Source of the DNA: Silvanigrellaceae bacterium | GTDB lineage: Bacteria > Bdellovibrionota_B > Oligoflexia > Silvanigrellales > Silvanigrellaceae | Direction of reading: 5' to 3' | Assembly (NCBI GenBank): GCA_049423385.1 | Contig: JBMSQQ010000024.1 | Span: forward strand, 1 to 39,682 | DNA length: 39,682 nucleotides | Shown here: positions 9,839 through 18,800 of the stretch, one piece after another | How the letters are laid out: every line of letters starts with the position of its first letter | How positions within the stretch are numbered: the first letter of the stretch is position 1 | The notes under the pieces: generated by a model | Databases searched by the model: none | What the model was told of the DNA's origin: nothing | The model's input: the letters and a program-made list of their open reading frames with translations, nothing else | Translations under genes and position numbers: made by a program

Positions 9839-11291
9839 ATTTGCCAGTGTCAGTAGGTTCCTGACGCTCATTTGCGGATTGGCTGCGATTGCTTCCACGA
9901 GTCGTGCGCTGGCACAATCGTCGCCTCCGGAAAAAAGGGGAGGCAAGGGTGCGAATACGGTTAAAACCGACGATGCCAAGCTGCAACTCAAGATTAGAAA
10001 ACTGGAAGAGCTGATTGAGCAGGAAAATGTTTTCGAGGCATCCGAGCTACTGAAGTCACTTTCTGAAAAAACCATCAGTCAAAACAAAAGGCTTCTCGTC
10101 GCAAAAGCATTGGTGGCGAAGGGATTGTATCAGCTTGCCGAAGCTGAGGAACTGTTGAAAGCGGCGCTCAAAATTGATGCCGATGATGCTTCTGCACAAT
10201 TTGAAATGGCATTGATCTTAATGGAACGAAAAGAATGGAAGGATGCAGATGTCCTTCTTCGTCTTGCAGGTCAGTCAGAGCAACTCAAGGGTCAGAGGCG
10301 AGCCATGTTGCCGTACTATATGGGTGTGATTGCCTATGAGACGGGACGGCTTTTTGATGCACGCAGCAGCTTCACAACCATGACCTGGAACGAGTCGTTG
10401 GATGCTGCACTTCAACAGTCAGTCGGTGTTTTCATCTCGAGAATTTCACGTGAACGTCCGTGGACGATCGTTGCACCCCTTTCTTTGCAATATGACTCAA
10501 ATCCATTGGGATTGAACCGCGCAGCTCCACTTCCCGAAGGATATGCCCAAAGGCATGTGCTCAAGGTGATTGGTGGCCTTTTCGCGAACCTCGAGGGTGT
10601 GGGGGGCGACAAGGCCGGCGCTGGCCCCTTTGGATTGGGTCTTCGCTTGTTTGCTGTTCAAAATATTGAAAAGTCATTTTCCGGACTGAATGTTCAATTC
10701 ATCGAATCCGAGGCCAATTGGTCACGATTTCTTGGCAAAGAGACGGGTGTTTTCAAATCGGCGCTCATGGCCAACCTGATTCGGTTGGGAGGGCGTTCAT
10801 TGAGCACGGGTTTCTCCGTGAAGTTGAGCCTTGGTGCAAATGAATTGTCGATGATCCTTGATAGGGATCTTCAAAAGACGTCAACGAAAGACTCTTCGGT
10901 CTACCAGATTCGCTACGCCAGAGAGCAAGGACTTTACAGTCGAGGTGCGTTTTCCTTGTTTGTGCCTTTTGAGCTCGCAGCCAGACAGTCCGTTTCTTCC
11001 AGTTTGCGGGATCGAAAACTCGAATTTGCGTTGTCGCCGGGAATGGGTTGGACATTGAGCAGGCGAGCGAATCTCAAGGTCACGGAAAAATTCGCTTTGG
11101 AAAGATTTCTTACCGAAACTCAGTCCTCGTATACGCTCAATCGGATTTCATCGGGTTTGAATTTTTCCTATACAATCCAACCATATCTGATTCTCAGTTT
11201 GGGTGGTTCGTTCGATTGGGAGAAGAATATTCAATCCGCCTCTGTCACCCAGAAAAAGGTTGCGACAACAAGCTTGCTCGGAATTCTCTGA
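9804..11291 (+). CDS. Exported TPR protein with probable C-terminal outer-membrane beta-barrel (Slam/DUF560-like architecture)
   Basis: Signal peptide ending ALA-Q, TPR-like helices (GLYQLAEAEELLKAALKIDADDASAQFEMA; YYMGVIAYETG), then LQYDSN and alternating amphipathic strands. Start is 9804 or 9816. Confidence 0.6.
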   Translation: MPVCMSKKSTHEFASVSRFLTLICGLAAIASTSRALAQSSPPEKRGGKGANTVKTDDAKLQLKIRKLEELIEQENVFEASELLKSLSEKTISQNKRLLVAKALVAKGLYQLAEAEELLKAALKIDADDASAQFEMALILMERKEWKDADVLLRLAGQSEQLKGQRRAMLPYYMGVIAYETGRLFDARSSFTTMTWNESLDAALQQSVGVFISRISRERPWTIVAPLSLQYDSNPLGLNRAAPLPEGYAQRHVLKVIGGLFANLEGVGGDKAGAGPFGLGLRLFAVQNIEKSFSGLNVQFIESEANWSRFLGKETGVFKSALMANLIRLGGRSLSTGFSVKLSLGANELSMILDRDLQKTSTKDSSVYQIRYAREQGLYSRGAFSLFVPFELAARQSVSSSLRDRKLEFALSPGMGWTLSRRANLKVTEKFALERFLTETQSSYTLNRISSGLNFSYTIQPYLILSLGGSFDWEKNIQSASVTQKKVATTSLLGIL

Positions 11292-11369
11292 TTGGGCTCG
11301 GATTCGGATGAGGGCTCGCAGTTTGCGTTCAGGGGTGTGGGTCGAAATTTCAAGCACACCGCAGGTGTT

Positions 11370-11606
11370 TCAACTCAGGACCGACCTGACACGTTTGCTG
11401 AAATCCCGCACCGCCTCCTGGAGCGATTGCCCTGCATCGACGGCCTGTCTGACTTCAATGGCCTGAAGGAGATCGCTCATCACGTCGCCCGGATCTTCCT
11501 TGGCAGAGCAACTGCATTTGCCTGTGTTTTCAAGTTCGGTGATAAAACCGTTGAGTTGTTCAATGGAATAATTTTGCGCAAGTTCGCGCAATGCCTTCAC
11601 GTCCAT
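11370..11606 (-). CDS. Small helical protein, DUF6952-like
   Basis: Strong GAGGAG RBS. The C-terminus DVMSDLLQAIEVRQAVDAGQSLQEAVRDFSKRVRSVLS resembles, from memory, DUF6952 proteins found downstream of thioredoxins. Confidence 0.6.
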   Translation of the reverse strand: MDVKALRELAQNYSIEQLNGFITELENTGKCSCSAKEDPGDVMSDLLQAIEVRQAVDAGQSLQEAVRDFSKRVRSVLS

Positions 11607-11619
11607 GCTGTCGGTCTCC

Positions 11620-11940
11620 TCAAACGCTCAAACCATTTTCGATCAAAAAAGACCGAAGGCTTTCTTCGCGTGTGGTGCAGAGTGATGCAATCACCTTTCC
11701 GTCCTTGACCAGCGCCAAGGTCGGGAGGTTGGTGATTTCGACAAGGTCCCGGGAGCCAGGATTTTTCTCGGCATCGATTTTGAAAAGGTCCAGCTTGAAC
11801 TCTTCAGCTACCCTTTTGAACATTGGCGCTGCCATCCGGCATGCGCCACACCAACTTGCGTAATAGTCGACGAGAGCCCATTGGCTTGCACCAATTGTGG
11901 CTCCAAAGTTGTCATCAGAAAGTTCGATAAAATCCGTCAC
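11620..11940 (-). CDS. Thioredoxin family protein (WCGAC)
   Basis: VDYYASWCGAC active site and cis-Pro loop NLPT. GTG start with GGGAG RBS, 4 nt after the upstream stop. Confidence 0.92.
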   Translation of the reverse strand: MTDFIELSDDNFGATIGASQWALVDYYASWCGACRMAAPMFKRVAEEFKLDLFKIDAEKNPGSRDLVEITNLPTLALVKDGKVIASLCTTREESLRSFLIENGLSV

Positions 11941-11944
11941 AGCG

Positions 11945-13795
11945 TCACTCCCTCGATTTGCTGGACCGGCGCGATGCCACTTTCACAGAACGACCTCTGT
12001 GGGCTGTAGAACGACCCTTGCGCTTTTTCACTTTGTCTTCTTTCGTGAGGCGTTCATACTGACCGGTTCCAAGTGCCACAGGTATTATCACCTGCTGGCC
12101 CTTGGACAAGCGAACATTGGGGCGGATGTGGGGATTTACTTTCAGCAAAGTGGCCAGAGAGATGCCATATCTGCTGGCAAACTGATTGACTGTTTCCTTG
12201 CGCTTGACCCGGGCTGAGACCTGAACGGTTCGGGATGCTTGCGGCAGCGAATCCACTGCTGCGATTGCGGTGGCATAAGAACTTTCCGGGACTCGAAGAA
12301 TGTAGGGTGCTTTTTCCTGTCCCGGAGGAGTCACTCCGAGCCTGAGTTCCGGGTTGATGCTTTCAAGGACCTTGAGATCGACGTCAATGTTGGACGCCAG
12401 GTCTGCCAGGCGGATTGATTTTTCGAGAGCCAGACCGCGGGTCCTGAGTGCACGGCTTCCTTCACTCACTTCGAATCCAAAACGGGTCGGGTTCTTTGAG
12501 ATGATCATCGCAGCCATCAACTTGGGCACGTAATTTCGGGTTTCATTCGGAAGTCGTTTTGCAGCGGAGAGAGCAAAGAACGTCTTGTCCGAATAACCGC
12601 GCATGCTCCTCGAAACCCGACCTTCACCTGCATTGTAACTGGCGGTTGCAAGGTGCCAATCGCCGAAGAGCGTGTAGAGGTAAGTCAAATATCTTGCAGC
12701 TGCGACCGACGCTTTTTCGGGATCCCGGCGTTCGTCGACATAGTCGTTGAGCTTGAGGCCAAAATTGCGCCCGGTGGCACGCATGAACTGCCATGTGCCT
12801 GCAGCGCGCGCGATCGACGTGGCTTTGTTGTTGAATCCGGACTCGATCATGGCAAGGTAAATAAGATCCTTGGGAAGTCCGAATTTTTCGAGCACGGGAA
12901 CGGCCTGGGGAATAACATCTTCAGCTCGTTTGAGCCAGGTCACGAAGGCTTTCCGACCACGCGTCTGAAAATATTGGATCCACTTGATCACATCCTCGTT
13001 GATGACAACAGGGTAATCGAACTCAAAATTCGACAACGTTGGCAGAAGAAGTTTGGTGTATTCTTCGGAACGAGCCGAATCCAGAGCGGTTTTGAGTTTT
13101 GAGTTGCTTTTGTAGTGGTTGCGATTTTTGCTGATGAATTGACCATCGAAAATGCGTCGCCATTCTTCCATGTAGACGCTGCCTTCGCACAGCGCGAAAT
13201 TACCTTCGATACCAGAATTCTGGAGTAGTTCTGCAACTTCCTCAGGACTCCTTGCCGAATCTGCATCGAGAATTTCCTTGTCTGTGTCGATCTCGCTTTC
13301 TTCGACAAGAGCTGTGCTGTCGTCCTCGTCGTCCTCGGTTGACAAGGTCAACTGTGAATTCGAAAGCGCAACATTGGATTTGAATTCAGTCAGGTTTGCC
13401 GAGTTTTCCAACCCGGTCTTTTGAACAGAGTTTCCAGTTGGTTTCTCAAACTCGCCTTGCACCGATGAATTCTGGTTGGGCTGCGTTTTTGCAACCAAGG
13501 GGCGAGCCGAGGGTTGGCCCAGCTGGTTGCGAAGCGTTCCGTTGCTCTCCTTCAACCTTCCATCCCGCTCCGGTGTTTTCAATGGAACAGGTTGTTCTGG
13601 CTTCAGTGATGCGACGTTGTACTTTTTCAAGCCCGTCTGTTCGAGCATCGAAAGTTGGGTACCATCGAGCGACAATCGCGGAGAGGAGCGATAATTTCCG
13701 GGGGTTTGACAAGCGACGGCTCCCAGCAAGCTGACCGCAAGCATCAGACCAAGAGGTCTGCTCAATTGCTTCTTTTGCTTTGATTGAGATGTCAC
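11945..13795 (-). CDS. mltD: Membrane-bound lytic murein transglycosylase D-like lipoprotein (SLT + LysM)
   Basis: Lipobox LLGAVAC, catalytic LAMIESGF, AAGTWQFM, YNAGEG, ETRNYVPK and C-terminal LysM-like repeats. Start moved to GTG 13795 (GGGGG RBS) because the longer ORF overlaps DUF2797 antisense. Confidence 0.85.
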   Translation of the reverse strand: MTSQSKQKKQLSRPLGLMLAVSLLGAVACQTPGNYRSSPRLSLDGTQLSMLEQTGLKKYNVASLKPEQPVPLKTPERDGRLKESNGTLRNQLGQPSARPLVAKTQPNQNSSVQGEFEKPTGNSVQKTGLENSANLTEFKSNVALSNSQLTLSTEDDEDDSTALVEESEIDTDKEILDADSARSPEEVAELLQNSGIEGNFALCEGSVYMEEWRRIFDGQFISKNRNHYKSNSKLKTALDSARSEEYTKLLLPTLSNFEFDYPVVINEDVIKWIQYFQTRGRKAFVTWLKRAEDVIPQAVPVLEKFGLPKDLIYLAMIESGFNNKATSIARAAGTWQFMRATGRNFGLKLNDYVDERRDPEKASVAAARYLTYLYTLFGDWHLATASYNAGEGRVSRSMRGYSDKTFFALSAAKRLPNETRNYVPKLMAAMIISKNPTRFGFEVSEGSRALRTRGLALEKSIRLADLASNIDVDLKVLESINPELRLGVTPPGQEKAPYILRVPESSYATAIAAVDSLPQASRTVQVSARVKRKETVNQFASRYGISLATLLKVNPHIRPNVRLSKGQQVIIPVALGTGQYERLTKEDKVKKRKGRSTAHRGRSVKVASRRSSKSRE

Positions 13796-13870
13796 CAAAA
13801 GTCCCCCAAAAACGGTTTTGCGATTGCAAAGACCCTCTTTGCTTAAAAAAAGAGCATGAGTTAGAGAGTG

Positions 13871-13957
13871 AAAAACCGATGCCTCGTTTCCCACTTTACC
13901 GACTTCGACGCAACGGGAAACTTTTCTCCAGGCCAAAACTGGGGCATTGTCGGTGTT
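13871..13957 (-). promoter_or_regulatory. Candidate structured RNA (three-way junction) in the mltD leader / divergent intergenic region
   Basis: Complementary blocks: 13875-13883 with 13943-13954 (3-nt bulge), 13886-13892 with 13915-13921, and 13928-13931 with 13939-13942. A T5 run follows on the minus strand. Confidence 0.3.
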
Positions 13958-14023
13958 ATTGACTCGTTTTAATTTCTCAAGCATTCGAAATAGCCGGCAA
14001 ATTAATGTTTTCTGGAGGTCCAG

Positions 14024-14950
14024 TTGGTCGAAAATCTGACACTTTCCAAAATGACTTGTCGGCCCCTTGATTCGTCTGGGGTGGCAATAGTGAACGTTCT
14101 GGATGCCCTCGAAAAAGGCAATTCGCCGGGTCAGACACCTCTTGAGCTTGAGGTCTCTTACTTTATCGAGGATCAGCCCCTTGCCCGCGGAGCCCACGTT
14201 CGATTTCGACATGCGGGAGCATTTGTCTGCACGATTTGTCGGAAATCCACGAAAAAGCTGTTTGATGGATCGTGCTGGCCCTGTCTTCAATCTTCCGCTC
14301 AAGCGGATCGCTGTGTTCTGAATCCCGTCGGTTGCCACTTTATGTCAGGGACCTGCCGGGAACCATCCTGGGGCGAAGAGTTCTGCTATCAACCGCATTT
14401 CGTCTACATCTCTTACACAGACAAGTACAAAGTCGGAATCACGCGGCGAAACCAGGTGCCGACTCGTTGGATAGACCAGGGTGCAACCATGGCGGTGCTT
14501 GTGGCTGCAGTGGGATCGCGGCATCAAGCAGGACTATTGGAAGACTTTCTTTCACAAAAGTTTGCCGACAAAAGCCACTGGATGAAAATGTTGAAAACTG
14601 CAAACAACAAGCCTTCCCCGAAGGAGTTCGACGTCGTGCGTTGCGACGCGCTGGAACTGCTGAAAAATGGACTTGGCGGGCCCAAAGCGGAACAGCTCCG
14701 GGTTGCAGTTCCCTCTGTTGCACCACGGGCATCGGATATTGAGATTTTGGATGCGTCCAGGATTGTTTCGATTTCTTATCCTCTCTGGAATCCAATGCCC
14801 GAAAAAATTTCCTCACTGAATCTGGACAAGAGTCCGACTTTGGAATCTTCGCTTCGAGGAATCAAGGGGCAATATCTGATTCTCGAAGAAGGCGTTTTCA
14901 ACGTGCGCCGTCACGAAGGTTACGTCGTGAACCTTGAAATTCAGAGCTAG
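14024..14950 (+). CDS. DUF2797 domain-containing protein (Cys-rich, probable Zn-binding)
   Basis: CTICRK...GSCWPC, HFVYISYTDKYKVGITR, TRWIDQGA and GIKGQYLI. TTG start after GGAGG. Confidence 0.88.
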   Translation: MVENLTLSKMTCRPLDSSGVAIVNVLDALEKGNSPGQTPLELEVSYFIEDQPLARGAHVRFRHAGAFVCTICRKSTKKLFDGSCWPCLQSSAQADRCVLNPVGCHFMSGTCREPSWGEEFCYQPHFVYISYTDKYKVGITRRNQVPTRWIDQGATMAVLVAAVGSRHQAGLLEDFLSQKFADKSHWMKMLKTANNKPSPKEFDVVRCDALELLKNGLGGPKAEQLRVAVPSVAPRASDIEILDASRIVSISYPLWNPMPEKISSLNLDKSPTLESSLRGIKGQYLILEEGVFNVRRHEGYVVNLEIQS

Positions 14951-17786
14951 CCCTGCCGAGGTTGTGCAGGACGATGGATTCCAGTTCATCGATTCGAATG
15001 GGCAAGAGACTCATGGAGAAGCGTCGCTTCAAAAGACGCCAGCGGGTGAATCTGAGCAGGGCTTCCCACAGCAGGATGCGCACCCGATGCACGGTTCCGA
15101 CAGCCAAAAGCGCAATTGGCAGTTGCGCCTTTGTTTTCGAGGCCACTCTCACAAAACGCTGCTCGGCAAATTCACGTCGCAGTTCGAGTGACAACAGCAG
15201 TCGCCACAAAAAGCGTGCGTTCCAGCCGAGGCCTGACAATGGATTGTCCCACAATTGAGAAAATCTGAGCTGAAACAGCCTTCGGGCCGCAGTCTTGACT
15301 TCGCCAATCAAGCTCACCTCATTGACCGTGCGGTTGTGTGAGGGTTTGCTCCATGCCTCAACCGTGCGCCAATAGTCATCGAGGGATTTTCTTCTCAGTT
15401 GTTCCAGGCATTCGATGATTGCAAAATTACGCGCCAAGGATGCCAATTTCACGAATTCCTGCCTGTCCCTGAGCCAACCGGACGAGGGCAATTCAATGAT
15501 ATATCGAACTCTTGCGGGCCTGACTCCGTCGAGAATGGAAAGCTTCAGATCTGAAGATGTCAAAAGCGAGATTCCATCCGGTGTTTGCTTGAGGTTCGAA
15601 TGTTCCTCGGGTGACACCCGCTTGAATCTGATTTCACAAACTCCAGCGTTGCGGAGTTCTCCGAGCCTGAGCCCAAGTGTGCGGAGATCACGCTCGTCGA
15701 GTGTTGGGCCAATTTCGACTTCGGGTGAACGCTGGATGTGTTGAAAGACGATCGCCGTCGCAACTTTGAAGACCCTAAAAATTCCAACATCGAGAACTGT
15801 ATTGATGATGTCGCGCAGTCCAAAATACTTGCGAAGTTCAAGCGCGAATGAATTTCTGGCTGAGATTGAAGTCGCAGTGATTGCCAGTTGGGTCAAACCC
15901 CGCAGGGCCGCCTGGACCTCAATCCGCAGGTCCACGCTGTTCTCGGCGAGTATCCGAATGAAATCGGCCATGAAATGGGCAGTGCCGTGAGTGTATTCCT
16001 CCGCACTCATCAGTTTGCCAAGTTCGTCATAGAGTTTGTTGTTGTGGAGCGCATCCGGGTTTGAAACAAGCAAATAAAGTGTGTCGAGGACACCTCCAAT
16101 GTCGCGCAGCAAGAGTCGATAAAGCATGGACTTGAACTGTTCACGGGTGTCCTCTTCCCAAATGAAGCAAGGGTTCAAGTCGATCATCGAAACGGTCAGC
16201 GTGTTGTCATCCAGAAGAATATTCCCAGGATGAGGATCTGCCCAAACGATTCCCTTGTCGAAAAGAAGGCTCAGGTATGCAGTGATCAGGCGGTCGGCAA
16301 TTTCGCGGCGCTCGAGATATTTGGTTTGCACGCTGCGGGTTATCTTAGTGCCCGGCATGCGTTCCATGAAAAGGTACTTTGGGCTGGTCTGGAAATATTT
16401 TGGAACCACCACCTTGGAATCTTCGGGGAGAGAGGATCTGATGATGTCTGCATTTTCCTGTTCACGTCGGAAGTCGAGTTCGGCAGAGCACTGTCGAAAA
16501 TAATGCGTGATTCCCCTCAGCAGTGCATCACACATGCCTTTCAGTTCCTGCCTCAGCGATTCGCCCAGGGCCCGATCGCTTTCCAGCGAGGATTGAATAC
16601 TTCGGGCAATATGACTCAAATGAGAAGCCTGGATCTCGAGAAGTTAGTGAAGTCCTGGCCTTTGTATTTTGAAGAGCAATGTCTGAACTGAAAATTTCTC
16701 ACGACCCGAGTCATACAATTTGAGCTCGTAAATGGCCCCAACACTGGCAGCTGCAAAGTGCGGAACAGGCTGTTTGGGAATGACCAGGTAATTTTCCCAG
16801 TGGTCTTTGACTTCTGTCTGATTGAGGACACTCAGAAGATAGCCGAATGATTTTTCAACGCTTGGATAAACCCCGGCCGCCGCGTCCTGTGAGCTGCGCA
16901 ATTCCTTTGCCAGATTGGGTGGGCACATTTCTGCCAGCACTTGCGAGGTTTTAAGATAGAGTCCCCCCAGTTCCTGGATTGCAATTGAGAGCAGACGGCT
17001 GGGAGTCAGCTGATCCCGTGGAGTGCAGATTGTCGATATGAAAATATTCAGGCTCGATTCCGGTGGGACGAGATCCAAAACGTCATGCAGAAACGGAAGA
17101 ATAACTTTGCCCCTGGGGTCCGAGTTGAGCAGTTCTTGCAGACGCGGAAATGCAAACTGGTTGAATAGTCCTTTCATTAAACTGTCCGCAAATGCCGCGA
17201 GTGCAGTCCTGTCGTGTTCCGACAAACGAAACAGGGCAGCAAAGCACTGTTCGCGAATTTCCGGAAACAAAGCTGCGGCCCGATTCGAAACAACGGGTAA
17301 AAACCTCAGGATGTGACCGATTTTTCTGCCCGCAAGACCAAGTTCCTGCTCGAGCAATTCGATGTGAAAAAACAAGTGAATCAGACGGGGATTTTTCTCG
17401 ATCATCAAGGCTGTCGCACGAATTGCGGGGGAGAGCCGTTTTTTGACGAAATCCTCTGATTCCAGAAAGGAAAAGTCGGTGGAGGACCATTGATCAGCAA
17501 GGTGATGCAAAGTTCTTTCGAAATCTTGCACCAGGTCGTTGCCAGCCAGCGTTGCCAGAAACGCAATCCCGAGGCCACGGTCTTTGAGTCCTTCAATGGT
17601 TCGAGCTGGAATTTGCGGGTTTTGCGACAGCGTGATGAGTAGCGAGGAAATAAGTTTGGCAAAAAGCTCGGAGTTTTCGGAAACCTGGCGCGCGACGGGC
17701 TTGACCCAATTGAGGTCCATTTTCAGGAGGGCGGTTGATTTCCTGAATCTGCGTCGCTTGCGCTTTTTGTGATCCGAATTGGCCAT
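14898..17786 (-). pseudogene. ABC1/AarF/UbiB-family atypical kinase, interrupted by one in-frame TAA at 16646-16644
   Basis: ORFs 16644..17822 and 14898..16619 are in the same frame: ...FKIQRPGLH*LLEIQASHLSHIARS... The kinase motifs LGGLYLKTSQ, AAASVGAIY, FKIQRPG, ELDFRRE, MERMPG and WADPHPGN span the stop. Likely start is ATG 17786 (GGAG RBS). Confidence 0.8.
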
Positions 17787-18035
17787 GCTTCTCCGAACGC
17801 GGGTCGATCTCGCTTTGGTCATTGTTCAGGGTTGATTCGGATCAAATTCGAGCATTGTTCAGAGCAAGAATATTGACGACCTTGATACTCTTTCAACAAA
17901 AAAGTCGACTTGATGGAAGTAAGACATTGAAATCTTTTGAAAATCAAAACACTCCCCGCGGGTCAGAATTTACCGCGGAAAATTTAGCTTTAAATCTTGG
18001 CTTGCTGACCGAAGAGGGAGAGTGTAGGGTTGGTT

Positions 18036-18054
18036 GTACAAGTTTAAATTGTAC
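18036..18054. promoter_or_regulatory. Imperfect palindrome GTACAAGTT-T-AAATTGTAC, candidate Rrf2 operator next to a TAGACT -10-like hexamer
   Basis: 8/9 inverted repeat with a 1-nt centre, about 60 nt upstream of the Rrf2 start. TAGACT lies at 18055-18060. Confidence 0.4.
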
Positions 18055-18115
18055 TAGACTCCCGCATTGGTTCGAAAACAGCTGTCTTTTTAGGCAGATA
18101 TGAAAGAGGTGTGCT

Positions 18116-18631
18116 ATGAACATCACTGCAAAAACTCGATTTGGACTGAAGGCTTTGATGGATATTGCTTACCATCACAAGGTGGGGCCGGTTCAACGCA
18201 GACATATTGCGGTTCGTCAGGGCATTCCCACGGATTACATGGACCAGATTTTGATGAGGCTCAGGAACAGCGGCTTGATTCAAAGTCTGCGTGGCCGCGA
18301 AGGCGGGTACCACCTGGCTCTCGAGCCCGAGGAAATCTCGGTGTGGGATGTCGTGAATTCTGTGGAAGATGAACCCTACAGCGTTCATGGCTACAAGCCC
18401 GAGGATAATCTGGCCTATGCGACCGAATGCATTACTGAACCTGCCTGGAACACTGTGTCAGGCGCGATTGTCGAGCAGCTCAAGCAGTGCACGCTTGCAA
18501 AGATGTTGAGCGAGGCCGAAGACCGAATTCTAGCCAAGGGTTTGGACCCTGTGGACTTGATGGAGTCACGCCCCAAGAGCAGCGGACAGACTGGCCTGCG
18601 CAATGTTGTTGGTCTGGTGCACAACTCCTGA
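18116..18631 (+). CDS. Rrf2-family transcriptional regulator (IscR/CymR-like)
   Basis: MNITAKTRFGLKALMDIA...RQGIPTDYMDQILMRLRNSGLIQSLRGREGGYHLA. GAGG RBS. Heads the suf cluster. Confidence 0.92.
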   Translation: MNITAKTRFGLKALMDIAYHHKVGPVQRRHIAVRQGIPTDYMDQILMRLRNSGLIQSLRGREGGYHLALEPEEISVWDVVNSVEDEPYSVHGYKPEDNLAYATECITEPAWNTVSGAIVEQLKQCTLAKMLSEAEDRILAKGLDPVDLMESRPKSSGQTGLRNVVGLVHNS

Positions 18632-18667
18632 GTCGCAGCTGCTGATTGCTCGAAACGGATGGTGGCC

Positions 18668-18725
18668 AAGTTCCCGCCCCCCTCGTGACCCAGAGAATGA
18701 GTTGCGAGGGGGGCGGGCTTTTGTT
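18668..18725 (+). terminator. GC-rich stem-loop with T-tract between rrf2 and sufS
   Basis: CCCGCCCCCCTCGTGAC pairs with GTTGCGAGGGGGGCGGG, followed by CTTTTGTT. Confidence 0.7.
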
Positions 18726-18800
18726 ACCTGCGCTATCCACTCATGAACGCTGCGATGCCCGGTGATCAGCAGTCTTGTTCGGTGGAGCGATGGAGCGCAG

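Noticed and set aside
13871..13957. Hammerhead ribozyme or known riboswitch
   Set aside because: CTGGAGA and GAAAC are present but not arranged as a hammerhead core, and there is no c-di-GMP or c-di-AMP consensus. Kept only as an unknown-structure candidate.
13796..14338. 181-aa N-terminal extension of the 797-aa mltD ORF
   Set aside because: It overlaps DUF2797 antisense. The lipoprotein signal and RBS point to GTG 13795.
16644..16646. Selenocysteine/pyrrolysine or alternative genetic code at the kinase stop
   Set aside because: The codon is TAA, which terminates other genes in the window normally (e.g. the HAD gene, sufU, mtnB).
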